A DNA stretch of 64,000 bases from Cyanophora paradoxa CCMP329 (Eukaryota > Plantae > Glaucophyta), in assembly GCA_004431415.1 (NCBI GenBank), contig QPMI01000199.1, positions 1 through 64,000 on the forward strand, read 5' to 3'. The notes beneath the pieces are model-generated. The model did not search any database. It was not told where the DNA came from and saw nothing but the letters and a program-made list of their open reading frames with translations. Positions 32,918 to 45,624 of the stretch are shown one piece after another; within the stretch, counting starts at the first letter, position 1, and each line of letters opens with the position of its first letter. Position numbers and translations under genes: made by a program.

Positions 32918-35900
32918 TCACATTTCGGGGGGCAGGCCGGCCTCGATGGCGAAGCGGCGGCGGAGGTTGAGCTCGCCCCGCGCGCAGACGACCGCGGCGA
33001 TGAGGGCCGGGACCAGGAGGAAGTTCGCCCAGTACAGGGCGTACCTGGGTACATTCACGTCAACGATGGCGAGCGGGGGGGGGGGGGGGGGGGGGGGGGG
33101 CGGGTCGGGGGGCCGCGGGCCGGGGCGCACTCGGGGAAGTAGCCCGAGTGGAAGAGGACGCCTGCGGCGAAAGCGAGAGAGGCGGCGTTCTGCAGGGGCT
33201 AGTTAGAGGAAGTCGGAAGAGGAACCCGCGTCGACTATTCTAACTATTTATAGACGCGCCTTCGCGAGGGCGTAGCGGAGGGGGAGGAAGAAGGTGGGCG
33301 CCACGAAAGAAATGTTCGCCACCACCGCGAATCGAAGCAGGAACTGCGGGGCCGGGCGGTGAGCGCGGGGAGACGGCGCGCGGCGCGGGCGGGCGGCGGG
33401 GGCGGTGGGCGGGCGGGCCTCGGGCGTCCACTCGGCTTCGATGGGGCCTCTGTAGGCGGCGAGGAAGCGCCAGAGGGACACCAGGCGGGCGATCTGGGGT
33501 ACGTCAACCGCGCGAGAGCCCGAAGGGGGTACGGCGCGCCTGGGCGAGGAGGAGGCCGGAGGCGACGAGGGCGAAGCCGAAGGGAAGGGAGCCGCGGGGG
33601 CGCGCCTGCGGGGCGGGGCCCGGAGGCGGTGAGGAGGCGAGGGGGGCGCGGGGAGGGCGGGGGGCGGGGCGGGGCGGGGGCACGGCGAAGACGGCGAAGG
33701 CGGCGACGAAGAAGGAGCCGCAGACGGCGATCTCGACGACCCAGTCGGCCTCCGTGCGGGGAACTGGTCGGCGAGGGCGCGGAGGGGTACGCCGCGCTCG
33801 GCGGCGGCCTGCAGGCCGCCACGGCGAGCACGACGAGATAGGCGGGTACGAGCACGACGCTGAGGGCCAGCGCGCTGCGGGGGCTCAGCTGGCGGGGCGG
33901 ACCCGGGTACGTCGGAGGAGGAGAAGGAGGGGGCACCGGCGCCAGGCGCGCTCGGCGTAGAAGACGCGGTACTCGGCCTCGTGGGCGGGTTGGGGAAGGG
34001 CCGCCCCCTTCACCGTCTCGACGAGCTGCGCGAGGAGGCTGCCGCGGGGCGGCGCGGCGGGAGGGCGTCCGGATCGGCGGGGGCGGGCGTGGGCGCGGCG
34101 GGGCCCGGGGTGGGCGCAGCGGGGGTTGCCGGCGTGGCTGCGGAGGGGGTCACCCCGCGGCGCGCGGCCTTCATCGATCGCGAGAGCAGCGCGTCGGGCA
34201 GCTGCGGGGCACGCGTTAGCCGGCGTCGGCGTCGGGAGTGATTGGGGGGTACGGGAGCGCACGGGGAGGTGGGAGCGGGAGGAGACGCGGCCCTCGGAGA
34301 GGGCGGCGGAGGGGGGCGGCCGAAGGGCAAAGACGGAAGGCGACTTCGTCACGGAGGGGATGCCGGTCGGCAGATCCAGGCCCAGGAGCCGCGAAGGCGT
34401 GTCCGGCCACGCGTTCAAAGGCGGCGGGCCGCGGGCCGCCGGCGACTCGGCCGTCTCGCCGTCCGAGGCGCAGGCGGCCGGCAGCGAGGCCGGGTGCTCG
34501 GGGGTACGGGCGCGGGGTCCCCCGGCCCCGGGCGTGCGCGGCGTGGGGGCGGGAGCCGCGGCGGCGCAGGCCGGAGCCCTCCAGGGCCCGCGGGGTGCCG
34601 CGCGCCCCCGCGTCGCCGACGTCGACGAGGAAGAGCGACGAGGCGGCCGCCTGCGGGGCGCAGCAGGTCGGCATGGGGGGCGGGGTTTCGAGGGTACAGC
34701 AGGGCGGGGGGGGGAGGGAGGGCTCACGCGAGTCGCGTCGAGGGGGTAATGGGTTCGACGCGCCACGGGCGGAGGAAGGAGGGTACGCCGCCGCCGGCCC
34801 CGACGCTGACGCCGTCCGAGCCCGGCGGCGGGGATACGCTCCGGGGTCCGGCGGGGGTGACGCTCCGGGCCCGCCGCCGCCTCCGCCTCCTCGGCGCCCG
34901 GGGCCGGCCCGCGGTCTCCTGCAGCGCCTGCGAAGCCCGCGCCTCAGACAAAGCCATTCGAAGCTTTGGGGGAGGGGAAGGGGGGGGTGTTTCGGGGGTA
35001 CCAGGAGCTCCTGGAAGAAGAGGCGGCGCTCGAAGCGGTCGCGGAGGTACGAGGAGCCGCACGCGACGGCCCCCGACACGAAGCAGGAGACGAGGGACAT
35101 CCAGGACCACCCCTCCAGCGCCCCGGCGCCCAGCGCCGCGTACCGAACCAGCGGCGGCACGAAATACTGCGGCAGTCGGTCAGTCAGACGGTCATTCACT
35201 GTTCGGCGGGCAGGTCCGCTGCCTAGGGCGTGCCTCGAGGACGAGAAAGGCGGCGACGAGGAGAGAGACATGGAAGCGGAGGCCGAGGGCGGTGCAGGCG
35301 GCCCACTGGACGATCAGGTACGTGAGCAGCAGGTGCGTCGCGTGCCCCAAGATCGCGACGTAGGCGGTACTCTTGGAGATGGAGAAGCCGATGAGCCCGA
35401 AGCAGGCCGCGTGCTCAAAGTAGCGTGCGAAGGGCGCCGGGAAGAACGAGAGGATAAAGGGCGGGAGGAGCGCCACGATGGCGCACACCAGCTGCGGAAC
35501 CGGGTCATGAGCGCGCCTTTAAGAGAAGCGCAGGGGGAGGGAAGGGCGCGCCTGGACTACGCGGTACGAGAAGAGGATGGACGGGCTCATGAACAGGACG
35601 ACACAAGACAGGAAGCCGGCGCCGCAGGCGATGCGGGTGGAGAGGACGCGCCGCGCGGCGTTCGCCCGCGCGTACCGCCCCTCGAGGTCCAGCCGCCGGC
35701 CCCCGGCGCCGGCGGCGCGGAAGCGGAGGGTCGCGCGGGAGACGTCGACGCGGGGCGTGGCCGGCGCGGCTGCAGCCGCGAGGAGCACGCGCGGGGCGGG
35801 CTCGTCCGTGTCCTCGCAGCCTGCGCTCCCGGCGGGAGGCTGGCTGGCGCCCGCGCCGGCGCCCCGTGCGGATCGGCGCTGCACTCCGTTGCTGTCACCG

Positions 35901-35953
35901 TCGAACGCGTCGCCCGCCTCGTTTAGCTGCATTGTCAACGCGAGAGCCTCCAT
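32918..35953 (-). CDS. Multi-exon polytopic membrane protein, copy A
   Basis: Two clusters of hydrophobic helices, ending in YLRDRFERRLFF and RGELNLRRRF, separated by a low-complexity linker; short introns. Confidence 0.7.
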
Positions 35954-36711
35954 TCGAACGGACTCTGTCGCAGGCTGATCTAGGCTCAACGGCTGCCGTA
36001 TGGCAGCTGCTAAAGCCTCATTGACAGGCTTCAAAGTACGTTAAAGATATCGATATGATCATCTTGAGGCTTGCCGCATGCGCCGCATGCGGATATCGAT
36101 CATCGGATCACCCTGACAGATCTAGAGCAAGTGCCTCCTTTAATTACAATTGCAAGCGATCAGGGCTACGTCTGCCCAGACCGCTGAGAGGCACAAGCGG
36201 CAAGAAGACGCGCCGGCGCCGGCCGAAGATGGTTTTCCGGGCGCGAGGAGTCGCCGAGGACTCGCCGCGAACTCGGCGCGAAGGATTCGGGGGGTACCAG
36301 TGGACAAGCGTTGTTTTTTTATGATCTGCAATCTGGGTACAGCAGCGCTGAGCTCAAGGCTTTGCCCTCGCGCCCGGGAAATCGTTACCGGCTTATGCCG
36401 GCGCGTCACCTCCGCCAGCGTTTCGGCCGGCGGACGTAGTTCTAATCGCTTCAAAGCTTCGCCCTCGCGCCCGGATACCGCCGGCTTCCGCCGGCGACCT
36501 CGCCGGCTTTGCTGCGGAAGCTTGCTCTGCCAGGCTGATCCAACGATCCGAATGCCTCAAGAAGATCATCTCTTGGGCCTGTCAATGACGCCTTAGCTGC
36601 AGCAGCTGCGTGCGTGGCCTATGCCGATTGACGGGAGCTGTAGCCGTAGAGCCTCTGCATGCGCAGCAGCCTGCCAGGCGACTAGATCAGCCTGCGACAG
36701 AGTCCGTTCGA

Positions 36712-39700
36712 ATGGAGGCTCTCGCGTTGACAATGCAGCTAAACGAGGCGGGCGACGCGTTCGACGGTGACAGCAACGGAGTGCAGCGCCGATCCGCACG
36801 GGGCGCCGGCGCGGGCGCCAGCCAGCCTCCCGCCGGGAGCGCAGGCTGCGAGGACACGGACGAGCCCGCCCCGCGCGTGCTCCTCGCGGCTGCAGCCGCG
36901 CCGGCCACGCCCCGCGTCGACGTCTCCCGCGCGACCCTCCGCTTCCGCGCCGCCGGCGCCGGGGGCCGGCGGCTGGACCTCGAGGGGCGGTACGCGCGGG
37001 CGAACGCCGCGCGGCGCGTCCTCTCCACCCGCATCGCCTGCGGCGCCGGCTTCCTGTCTTGTGTCGTCCTGTTCATGAGCCCGTCCATCCTCTTCTCGTA
37101 CCGCGTAGTCCAGGCGCGCCCTTCCCTCCCCCCTGCGCTTCTCTTAAAGGCGCGCTCATGACCCGGTTCCGCAGCTGGTGTGCGCCATCGTGGCGCTCCT
37201 CCCGCCCTTTATCCTCTCGTTCTTCCCGGCGCCCTTCGCACGCTACTTTGAGCACGCGGCCTGCTTCGGGCTCATCGGCTTCTCCATCTCCAAGAGTACC
37301 GCCTACGTCGCGATCTTGGGGCACGCGACGCACCTGCTGCTCACGTACCTGATCGTCCAGTGGGCCGCCTGCACCGCCCTCGGCCTCCGCTTCCATGTCT
37401 CTCTCCTCGTCGCCGCCTTTCTCGTCCTCGAGGCACGCCCTAGGCAGCGGACCTGCCCGCCGAACAGTGAATGACCGTCTGACTGACCGACTGCCGCAGT
37501 ATTTCGTGCCGCCGCTGGTTCGGTACGCGGCGCTGGGCGCCGGGGCGCTGGATGGGTGGTCCTGGATGTCCCTCGTCTCCTGCTTCGTGTCGGGGGCCGT
37601 CGCGTGCGGCTCCTCGTACCTCCGCGACCGCTTCGAGCGCCGCCTCTTCTTCCAGGAGCTCCTGGTACCCCCGAAACACCCCCCCCTTCCCCTCCCCCAA
37701 AGCTTCGAATGGCTTTGTCTGAGGCGCGGGCTTCGCAGGCGCTGCAGGAGACCGCGGGGCCGGCCCCGGGCGCCGAGGAGGCGGAGGCGGCGGCGGGCCC
37801 CGGAGCGTCACCCCCGCCGGACCCCGGAGCGTATCCCCCGCCGCCGGGCTCGGACGGCGTCAGCGTCGGGGCCGGCGGCGGCGTACCCTCCTTCCTCCGC
37901 CCGTGGCGCGTCGAACCCATTACCCCCCTCGACGCGACTCGCGTGAGCCCTCCCTCCCCCCCCCGCCCTGCTGTACCCTCGAAACCCCCGCCCCCCCATG
38001 CCGACCTGCTGCGCCCCGCAGGCGGCCGCCTCGTCGCTCTTCCTCGTCGACGTCGGCGACGCGGGGGCGCGCGGAACCCCGCGGGCCCTGGAGGGCTCCG
38101 GCCTGCGCCGCCGCGGCTCCCGCCCCCACGCCGCGCACGCCCCGGGGCCGGGGACCCCGCGCCCGTACCCCCGAGCACCCGGCCTCGCTGCCGGCCGCCT
38201 GCGCCTCGGACGGCGAGACGGCCGAGTCGCCGGCGGCCCGCGGCCCGCCGCCTTTGAACGCGTGGCCGGACACGCCTTCGCGGCTCCTGGGCCTGGATCT
38301 GCCGACCGGCATCCCCTCCGTGACGAAGTCGCCTTCCGTCTTTGCCCTTCGGCCGCCCCCCTCCGCCGCCCTCTCCGAGGGCCGCGTCTCCTCCCGCTCC
38401 CACCTCCCCGTGCGCTCCCGTACCCCCCAATCACTCCCGACGCCGACGCCGGCTAACGCGTGCCCCGCAGCTGCCCGACGCGCTGCTCTCGCGATCGATG
38501 AAGGCCGCGCGCCGCGGGGTGACCCCCTCCGCAGCCACGCCGGCAACCCCCGCTGCGCCCACCCCGGGCCCCGCCGCGCCCACGCCCGCCCCCGCCGATC
38601 CGGACGCCCTCCCGCCGCGCCGCCCCCGCGGCAGCCTCCTCGCGCAGCTCGTCGAGACGGTGAAGGGGGGGCGGCCCTTCCCCAACCCCGCCCACGAGGC
38701 CGAGTACCGCGTCTTCTACGCCGAGCGCGCCTGGCGCCGGTGCCCCCTCCTTCTCCTCCTCCGACGTACCCCGGGTCCGCCCCGCCGGCTGAGCCCCCCG
38801 CAGCGCGCTGGCCCTCAGCGTCGTGCTCGTACCCGCCTATCTCGTCGTGCTCGCCGTGGGCGGCCTGCAGGCCGCCGCCGAGCGCGGCGTACCCCTCCGC
38901 GCCCTCGCCGACCAGTTCCCCCGCACGGAGGCCGACTGGGTCGTCGAGATCGCCGTCTGCGGCTCCTTCTTCGTCGCCGCCTTCGCCGTCTTCGCCGTGC
39001 CCCCCGCCCCCCCCCCCCCCCCCCCTCCCCCCCCCCCCCCTCCCCCGCCTCACCGCCGTCCGCCCCGCAGGCCCGCCCCCGCGGCTCCCTTCCCTTCGGC
39101 TTCGCCCTCGTCGCCTCCGGCCTCCTCCTCGCCCAGGCGCGCCGTACCCCCTTCGGGCTCTCGCGCGGTTGACGTACCCCCAGATCGCCCGCCTGGTGTC
39201 CCTCTGGCGCTTCCTCGCCGCCTACAGAGGCCTCGTCGGAGCCGAGTGGACGCCCGAGGCGCGCCCGGCCCCCGCCCGCGCCGCGCGCCGCCTCCCCCGC
39301 GCTCATGCACAGCCCCGCAGTTCCTGCTTCGAATCGCGGCCGTGGCAAATCTGTCTTTCGTGGCGCCCACCTTCTTCCTCCCCCTCCGCTACGCCCTCGC
39401 GAAGGCCCGTCTATAAATGACTACAATAGGCGCCGCGGGCTCCTCCCGCCTCCTCTGACGCCCCCTGCAGGACGCAGCCGCCCTCGCTTTCGCCGCAGGC
39501 GTCCTCTTCCACTCGGGCTACTTTGCAGAGTGCGCCCCGACCCGCTGCCCCCGACCCGAAGTACTCTCCGCTCCGCTCGCCATTGTTAACGTGTACCCAG
39601 TTACGCCCTGTACTGGGCGAACTTCCTCCTGGTCCCGGCCCTCATCGCCGCGGTCGTCTGCGCGCGCGGCGAGCTGAACCTCCGCCGCCGCTTCGCCATC

Positions 39701-39727
39701 GAGGCCGGCCTGCCCCCCGAAATGTGA
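36712..39727 (+). CDS. Multi-exon polytopic membrane protein, copy B
   Basis: Mirror copy of 32918-35953; MEALALTMQL.. to ..AIEAGLPPEM-stop; introns at about 37114-37174 and 37433-37499. Confidence 0.7.
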
Positions 39728-39885
39728 GGGGGGTCGGTCGCTGATTTACAATTAACATTAATTTTCAGACTGTAGCCCTGCAGACTGCCACAGATATGCA
39801 TGCGAGACATCCGCCCCGCCTCCCGCTCTGCAGACTGTTACACATGCGCTCTGCAGACTGTTACACATGCGAGGCATCCCCCCCG

Positions 39886-39920
<35 letters not shown>

Positions 39921-40229
39921 AACCCATGGCCGAACCCCGGACTCCGAGCGCGCACGAGTCCGAGCTGGATTCGAATTCGCCGGACTCGCGGTCGGTCTCG
40001 CTTTGGATCACTAGTACTGCTTTTAGCTCGCCCAAGCTGCCAGCTGCAGGCTTGCGGTCTTCCATACTTTACCACTAGGCTGGAGCAGAAAGGAGGCAGA
40101 AGCCTCACCGCACAATGGGAAGGGCGCTGGAGTATTAACAGGAAAGGCGGAGTAGGGCGGCGATGAAGCGGAACTGAGAGGGGGGAAACGACGGGGCAGA
40201 TCACTGAATCATGATCGATATCACTGGGA

Positions 40230-42332
40230 GCAGGAATCCGACGGGTCGAGGGTCCGCAGCGTCACGGGCTTGCTCCACTGCGACGCCCCGCTCGCGTTCG
40301 TCGCCCGCACCTGTACCCCCGCTTGGATTCAAAACTGGTTTCAAATTCGATCGGGGCGGGATGAGCGCGCGCCTCGACCTCGTAGTCAGTCCCCGCTTCG
40401 AGCCCCAGGGCGGTGAATCCCGGGCCCGCCGGGTCCTGCGTGCACGGGCCGCTCAGCTGAGCCCGGGGGGTACAGGGAAGAAGACAAGAAGATGCGAAAC
40501 GCGTACCCTGGAGCGGAAGACGACCCCGTCGATTCGGACCTCGTACAGCGTCACCGGCTGCGGGTACAGCTCAGCGGAGGACGCTCGGGGGTACAGCTTC
40601 AAACGGTCTTTTAATGGGCGCGCGAAAAACTCACCTGGGCGTTCGGGGAGATATTCCAGAGGATCTTGAGCGAATTTCTGCGGGGGTTCGCTTAAATAAA
40701 GACGCGAGGGGGTACGTCTGCCGCTCGGCTCGCCTGGAGCGGAGTTCGACCCGCACGGCCGTCGGCACAGAGGGCGGCCCGGAGGGTACGCCGGCAATCA
40801 GAGGGGGTGAGCGCGTCCCGGGGAGGGGGGGAAGCAGTCCCTTGCCGTCCACGCAGGCCACCTCGAACCGGTACTGGTGCGGGTACAGGAAACGTTGAAG
40901 TCAGATGAGCTTCGAGGCTCGAGCGGGGGGAGTGGGGCGGACCGTGGCGCCGGGTACGAGGCCTCTCAGGACGCACGCGGCTGTAGGCCCCTTGTCCACC
41001 GCCATCCGCCCGTTCACTTCGCGGGGGGTACCCGTCGCTCAGTTGTAAATCTCGCAAAAAAGAGGGCGGTAAGCCTTACCGAAGACGGCGTAGAGCCACC
41101 GGGACGGCTCCCGCGTACCCCCCGGAAGGCCCCAGCAGATGGAGAGGTACCCCGGGCCCTGATCCGCGAGCTCCGGCTGCAGGGGTACGGGAATCCTGGG
41201 GTCCCCTGCGCCGAGCGTGACGAGGGGGGGGGAAGAGATTGGCGGAAAAGGAAAGCGCCGGCGCGCCTTTGGGCGGGGTGCGCTGGGATGGCGACGCCGA
41301 TGCCTTGGAAGCCGATTCGCCTCGCGGAGCTGCAGCCCTCCGTCAGGGGGGCGGATCCCAGGTCCGGCGGGGGGTACGGGTGCGCGCCGGACCGCCCGGC
41401 ACCGCCGCCCCTTCGTTCGCTCTGCTCGTCCTCGTTCGCGGCTTCCTCCTCGGGGTCGCTACCCGGCTCGGAGTCCGATCCGGTACCCCCACGCCTCCTC
41501 CGCTTCCGCCTGCGCTGCGGACCCCCCTCCAGCGATTCGTCCTCGCTCGGATTCGAACCAGACGAGCTCCCGCACTCCTTCCAGTCCGCCTGCTTCGCTG
41601 CGGTGAAAGACTCAAACCCGCGGCGCGCTCTTGAGACCGGGGGCGCTCACACAGGCCCTGGTACCCTGCGGATCGAGGGCGCGAGGGACTCAGGCGTGGG
41701 GAGGGGGCGGCGGGACGGTCGGGGGCGGCTCACATGAGTGCATTTCCCACCTGCTCGGTCGAGACGAGCGGCGGGGCGTGAGCCAAGGGCGCCCGCGGCG
41801 CGCGGGCGGCGCACCATTTATCGCTCCGCTCGGATGGCTCCGGGCGGGCTCCCTTGCGCAACGCGTACTCCTTCCGTAGCCTCGCGTACAGCTCCTTGAC
41901 GACTGAGGCGCGCGGGCGGCGTGCGTCGGCGCCGGGCTCGCCTCCAGCGCGCGGGAGCGATCGCCTTGCGGCGGGGGGGCGGCTCGGGCTCACCCGCGAA
42001 GGCCTCGTTCGCACCAGGCTCCAGATTCTTGTCTGGATGCGTCACGAGCGCGAGCTGCGAGCTCGTCCAGTCGCTCAGCGCACCTCGGGCGGCTCACACT
42101 CATTGCCGCCCGGGCGTCAGCTGCAGGCGCACCCTGTTGTACGCGTCCTTGAGCTCCCGTGTCGTGCTATCTTCTCGGAGGTTGAAGAGCGAATAGGGAT
42201 CGCTCCGCAGCCTGAACACGTTCTGCGCCGGCGCCGCTCAGCGAAGCGAGCGCGGGGCGCGGCCGGGGGCCAGCTCCAGGCGGCGCGCACCTGCAACGCC
42301 TGCCTGTACACGTCCACATCGAAGCTCGCCAT
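40230..42332 (-). CDS. J-domain (DnaJ/Hsp40-like) protein, multi-exon
   Basis: Spliced exons DPYSLFNLREDSTTRELKDAYN / LALVTHPDKNLEPGANEAF / VKELYARL, with the HPD motif. Start and downstream exons or end are approximate. Confidence 0.8.
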
Positions 42333-42587
42333 CGATGCCGAGTGTCGGATTCGCGTGTACCCCAGCTCGCCTTGCTCAGAAGTTGCTCTGAGTTGCTCAA
42401 CCGATCCAGCCGGCCGCGGCACCGGCGCCGCACCGCTTACCTCTCATCGAAGGCTGCGGGCCTGCGGCACCGCTTGTCTCGCATCGACGGCCGCGCGGCT
42501 CGCCGGCTCTCTTGCCGAGCGCGCGCGGCCCAACGAGCTTCAAGCCCAGCCGGCTCACGGCGCAGCGCGCTCCTGATCGGCCCTCGG

Positions 42588-44152
42588 ATGACCCTCGAGG
42601 CGCGCGCGCGCCAGGCGGCCGAGCTCGAGGCGCTGCAGAGCTTCCACAGCGAAGCGTTCGAGCCGGGCGCGGGTTTCGATGCTTGCAAGGTGCGCGGCGC
42701 GACCCAAAGGCTCTTTTCGATTGCGCCCGACGCGCACGGGCCTGGCCGCCGGGCAGGAAATGATCGCGCTCGCTTCGGCGAGCGGCGACGAGGCGCTCGC
42801 CGCCAGCGTGCCGCAGTTCGAGTTCACCGTGCGCGTCCGCATAGAGGGCGAGGCCGGTGCGCAGCCTGTTGCGTGCGCCGCGGCGCGTGCGATTGACCGC
42901 GACGGCCCCTCGCGCCCCGCAGGCGCCCCGGAGGCGGAGGCGCGTCTCGGGGTCTCGCTGCCCTCGGCGTACCCCGCGGACGGCGCCTCGCGGCCCGTGC
43001 TGTCGCTCTCGTGCCCCCGCTTCGGGCGCGACGGCGAGCGGCGCGCCCTGGACGCCCTCCATGCTCAGCTCGACTCCCTCGTCGGTCCGCGCGCGGCGCC
43101 GGCGGCCCTCGAATCGCCCTCCACTGAGTCGAACCCGCGCAGGCGAGGGCGAGTGCCTCTTTCAGCTCATCGGGTGGCTCGCGGAGAACGGGGGCCGGTT
43201 CCTCGCCGCCCCCGGCGCCCCGCGCCCGCCGCCCCCGTCCCCCGCCCCCGCCCCGACCAAGGCGCGCCTCTCGGCGCCTCCGCCTGCCGCTGTGATTTGT
43301 GCCCGACGCCTTCGGCGATCAGGTCCAGTTGGGGCGCTGCCTCGTCCGGTTCCACCACATCTACTCGACGGAGAAGCGCCGCTTCATCCTCGAGTGGGCC
43401 GGCGACCTCGGCGTCACCGGTGCGAGCTCGAGCCGGCCCAGCGATAAGATTACAATTGCATGAAAAAGGCAGCTGGGTTTTAAGTTCGATCTAGAGTCCC
43501 AGCTGCAGACCCCAGCTTGCTCTTCTATAGCTAGACCCCGCGGCCCCGCCCCAGGCCCGGCGGCCCCGGCCTCGGCTGACGCCTGGGTCCGCCCGCCCGC
43601 CCGCGCAGGGGTGTCCAGGCCGGGCAAGCCCGGCCTCGTCTACGCGGAGGGCGACCCGGGGGACGTCCGCGACTATGTCGCCAAGCTCCGGGTTCGAATC
43701 CCCGCAGGGCCCTTTATTTGTCGACGTCGGGGCTCGAATTCGATCGCGAAGCCTCTGACGTCGCCTGAATTCTGCATGCGCAGAACCTGCCGTGGCAGAA
43801 GATGAGCGTGGTAGGGGACGTGCGGGAGCCGGTTCGAATCCAGGAGGGGGAATCTCCGAAGGCCGCCCTCGCGCGGGGCAGGCGCTTCCGCGGGATGAAG
43901 GAGGTCGGCGCCCGCTCGAGCTCTTCTTTCCGATCCGAGCTTTCTTCGCGTCTGACTATTATTCTTCCTCAGGTGACCAGCGACGGGCTCTTCGGCCTCG
44001 TACCCCTCTTCACGGAGGCGGGGCTGGAGTCGATGTTCCGGGACGCGATCCGCGTACCCGGGGAGGGGAGGGGACCCGCGGCCGGGGGAGGGGCGCGGGA
44101 CCGGAGCGGCAGCGAGGGCGAGGGGGAGGAGGAGGGCGGCGTGGGGATGTGA
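42588..44152 (+). CDS. RWD domain-containing protein, RWDD2-like, multi-exon
   Basis: QAAELEALQSF and LPSAYP (RWD), ECLFQLIGW, then FHHIYSTEKRRFILEWAGDLGVTG / SRPGKPGLVYAEG / LPWQKM, as in the RWDD2 C-terminal domain. Confidence 0.88.
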
Positions 44153-44749
44153 TGCGAGGCCCACTGAGCCAGTCTGAAGTCAGCCCCGCGGCTCCCGGCC
44201 CGGCCGGGCCCGTGGCCGTCAGCCCCGGCCCGCCCGTCCCCAGCCCGTGGCCTGCAGCCGCGGTCGGCCTGCGGTCGGCCCTCAAACGATCGCCGGGAGG
44301 GCCTCCCGCACGCACGCGATAGCCCCCGGCCCCCTCCGTTGTGGGGACATCGCACCCCGGCCCGAACGTCTCTTTCCGTCTTTCCGTCTCGCGCCGGACG
44401 CGCGCCCGACCCGTGCGCCGCAATTGCAATTGCAACTTGCAAGCCACAGGCCCCCAGCTAGGAGCCGAATTCGAACGTCCGATGCAACGTCGACGCTAGC
44501 GCTGCCTCGCGCCGCCGCTTCAAGGACATGTTTGTTTGCCCTCTGTACAGGCTGTACATGTGCACGTGCAGTATTTTTACTTCGTATATTCAGATCGCGA
44601 ATCGCGATCGATATAGCAGATAATCGCAAATTAAAGCAAATAAGCAAGAGGGAACACAAGAAGGGACACGATCGTACGTCAAAAGTCGAGCTCGCGAGAG
44701 CTCTCTCGAACGTCAAAGTCGAGCTCGCGAGAGCTCTCTCGAACTCGCG

Positions 44750-45000
44750 AAAAGTGGTTTTCGAGGAGAAAACTTGAAACGGTCCGAAAACCCGTGACCA
44801 ACTTCTCTCTCACTCCGGATCCGGATCCGGGCCGGGCTCTTCGATCGATCCTTGCGCGGTTCTGCATGGAACCACTTCTCTCTAGCTGTCTCCTCTAGAT
44901 TTCCGCTTCCTCGCACTGCGCCGTATACGCCGCACGGTACCCGTGCCGCCTAGGGCCTGCCAGGCTGGACTACCCTTCACTACATCGAGCTTGCACCGCA
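44750..45000 (+). repeat. Dispersed repeat, also present at about 50113-50510 (there with three internal tandem sub-copies)
   Basis: Shared TGCGCGGTTCTGCATGGAACCACTTCTC..CTAGCTGTCT..CTCTAGATTTCC..CTTCCTCGCA..CGCCGCACGGTACCCGTGCCGCCT. Confidence 0.9.
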
Positions 45001-45624
45001 CCACCGCCTACCGAGCACGCGCCGCTGCCCGCAGCCGAGCACGCTGCCCGGCACTCGTGCTTGATCATGAGCTTGCACCGCAAAACCGCTTGCGCCGCTG
45101 CCTAGCTGCGCCGCTGATCGCAGCAGCCGAGCACGCCCGGCCGTCCGGACCGCGCGCCGTGCTCTCTTGCTGCGCTCAGCACGCCGCCGACATCGAGCTT
45201 ATACCGCAGAACCGCGTGCGCCGCAGCCCGCTGCCCGCAGGAGAAGGAGTAAATTTTTTTAAAAGAGCTCAAAAAAGCCGTTCTACCTAGTACTTCTGCG
45301 TCGACGTCGACGTCCTTGAGCTCTTCTACTCCTTCTCCTCGTGCGCATGCTCGTTCTAGATCTCCTTATCTTTTGCGTTCTTCTAGATCTGATCGTGTCC
45401 CTTCTCGTGATCCCTCTTGATTCTGTATTTTGTGTTACTTTACTGTATCTTTGATTTGTAATTGCTTTGTTGTCCTTAATATCACTACCTACGTGGGGGG
45501 TTCGCCCCACCGTAGTCTCTCAAAAAAAAAGTACTGTTAATAATACTTAATATCCAACGTTGACCTCTTGAATATCTCCTGCTTTACAGGATATATCGAT
45601 ATCAATCCTGCAGCTGAAGGGCCA

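Larger units (their letters stand above)
32816..39920. repeat. Large inverted duplication: arms about 32816-35983 and 36682-39920, about 700-bp spacer
   Basis: Arms are near-identical reverse complements; identical ORF translations occur on opposite strands (e.g. 35192-35488 minus and 37178-37474 plus). Confidence 0.97.

Noticed and set aside
45488-45530. Helitron 3' end or SINE tail (GTGGGGGTTCGCCCCAC hairpin + A9)
   Set aside because: No CTRR terminus, matching 5' end or TSD found; cannot be assigned.
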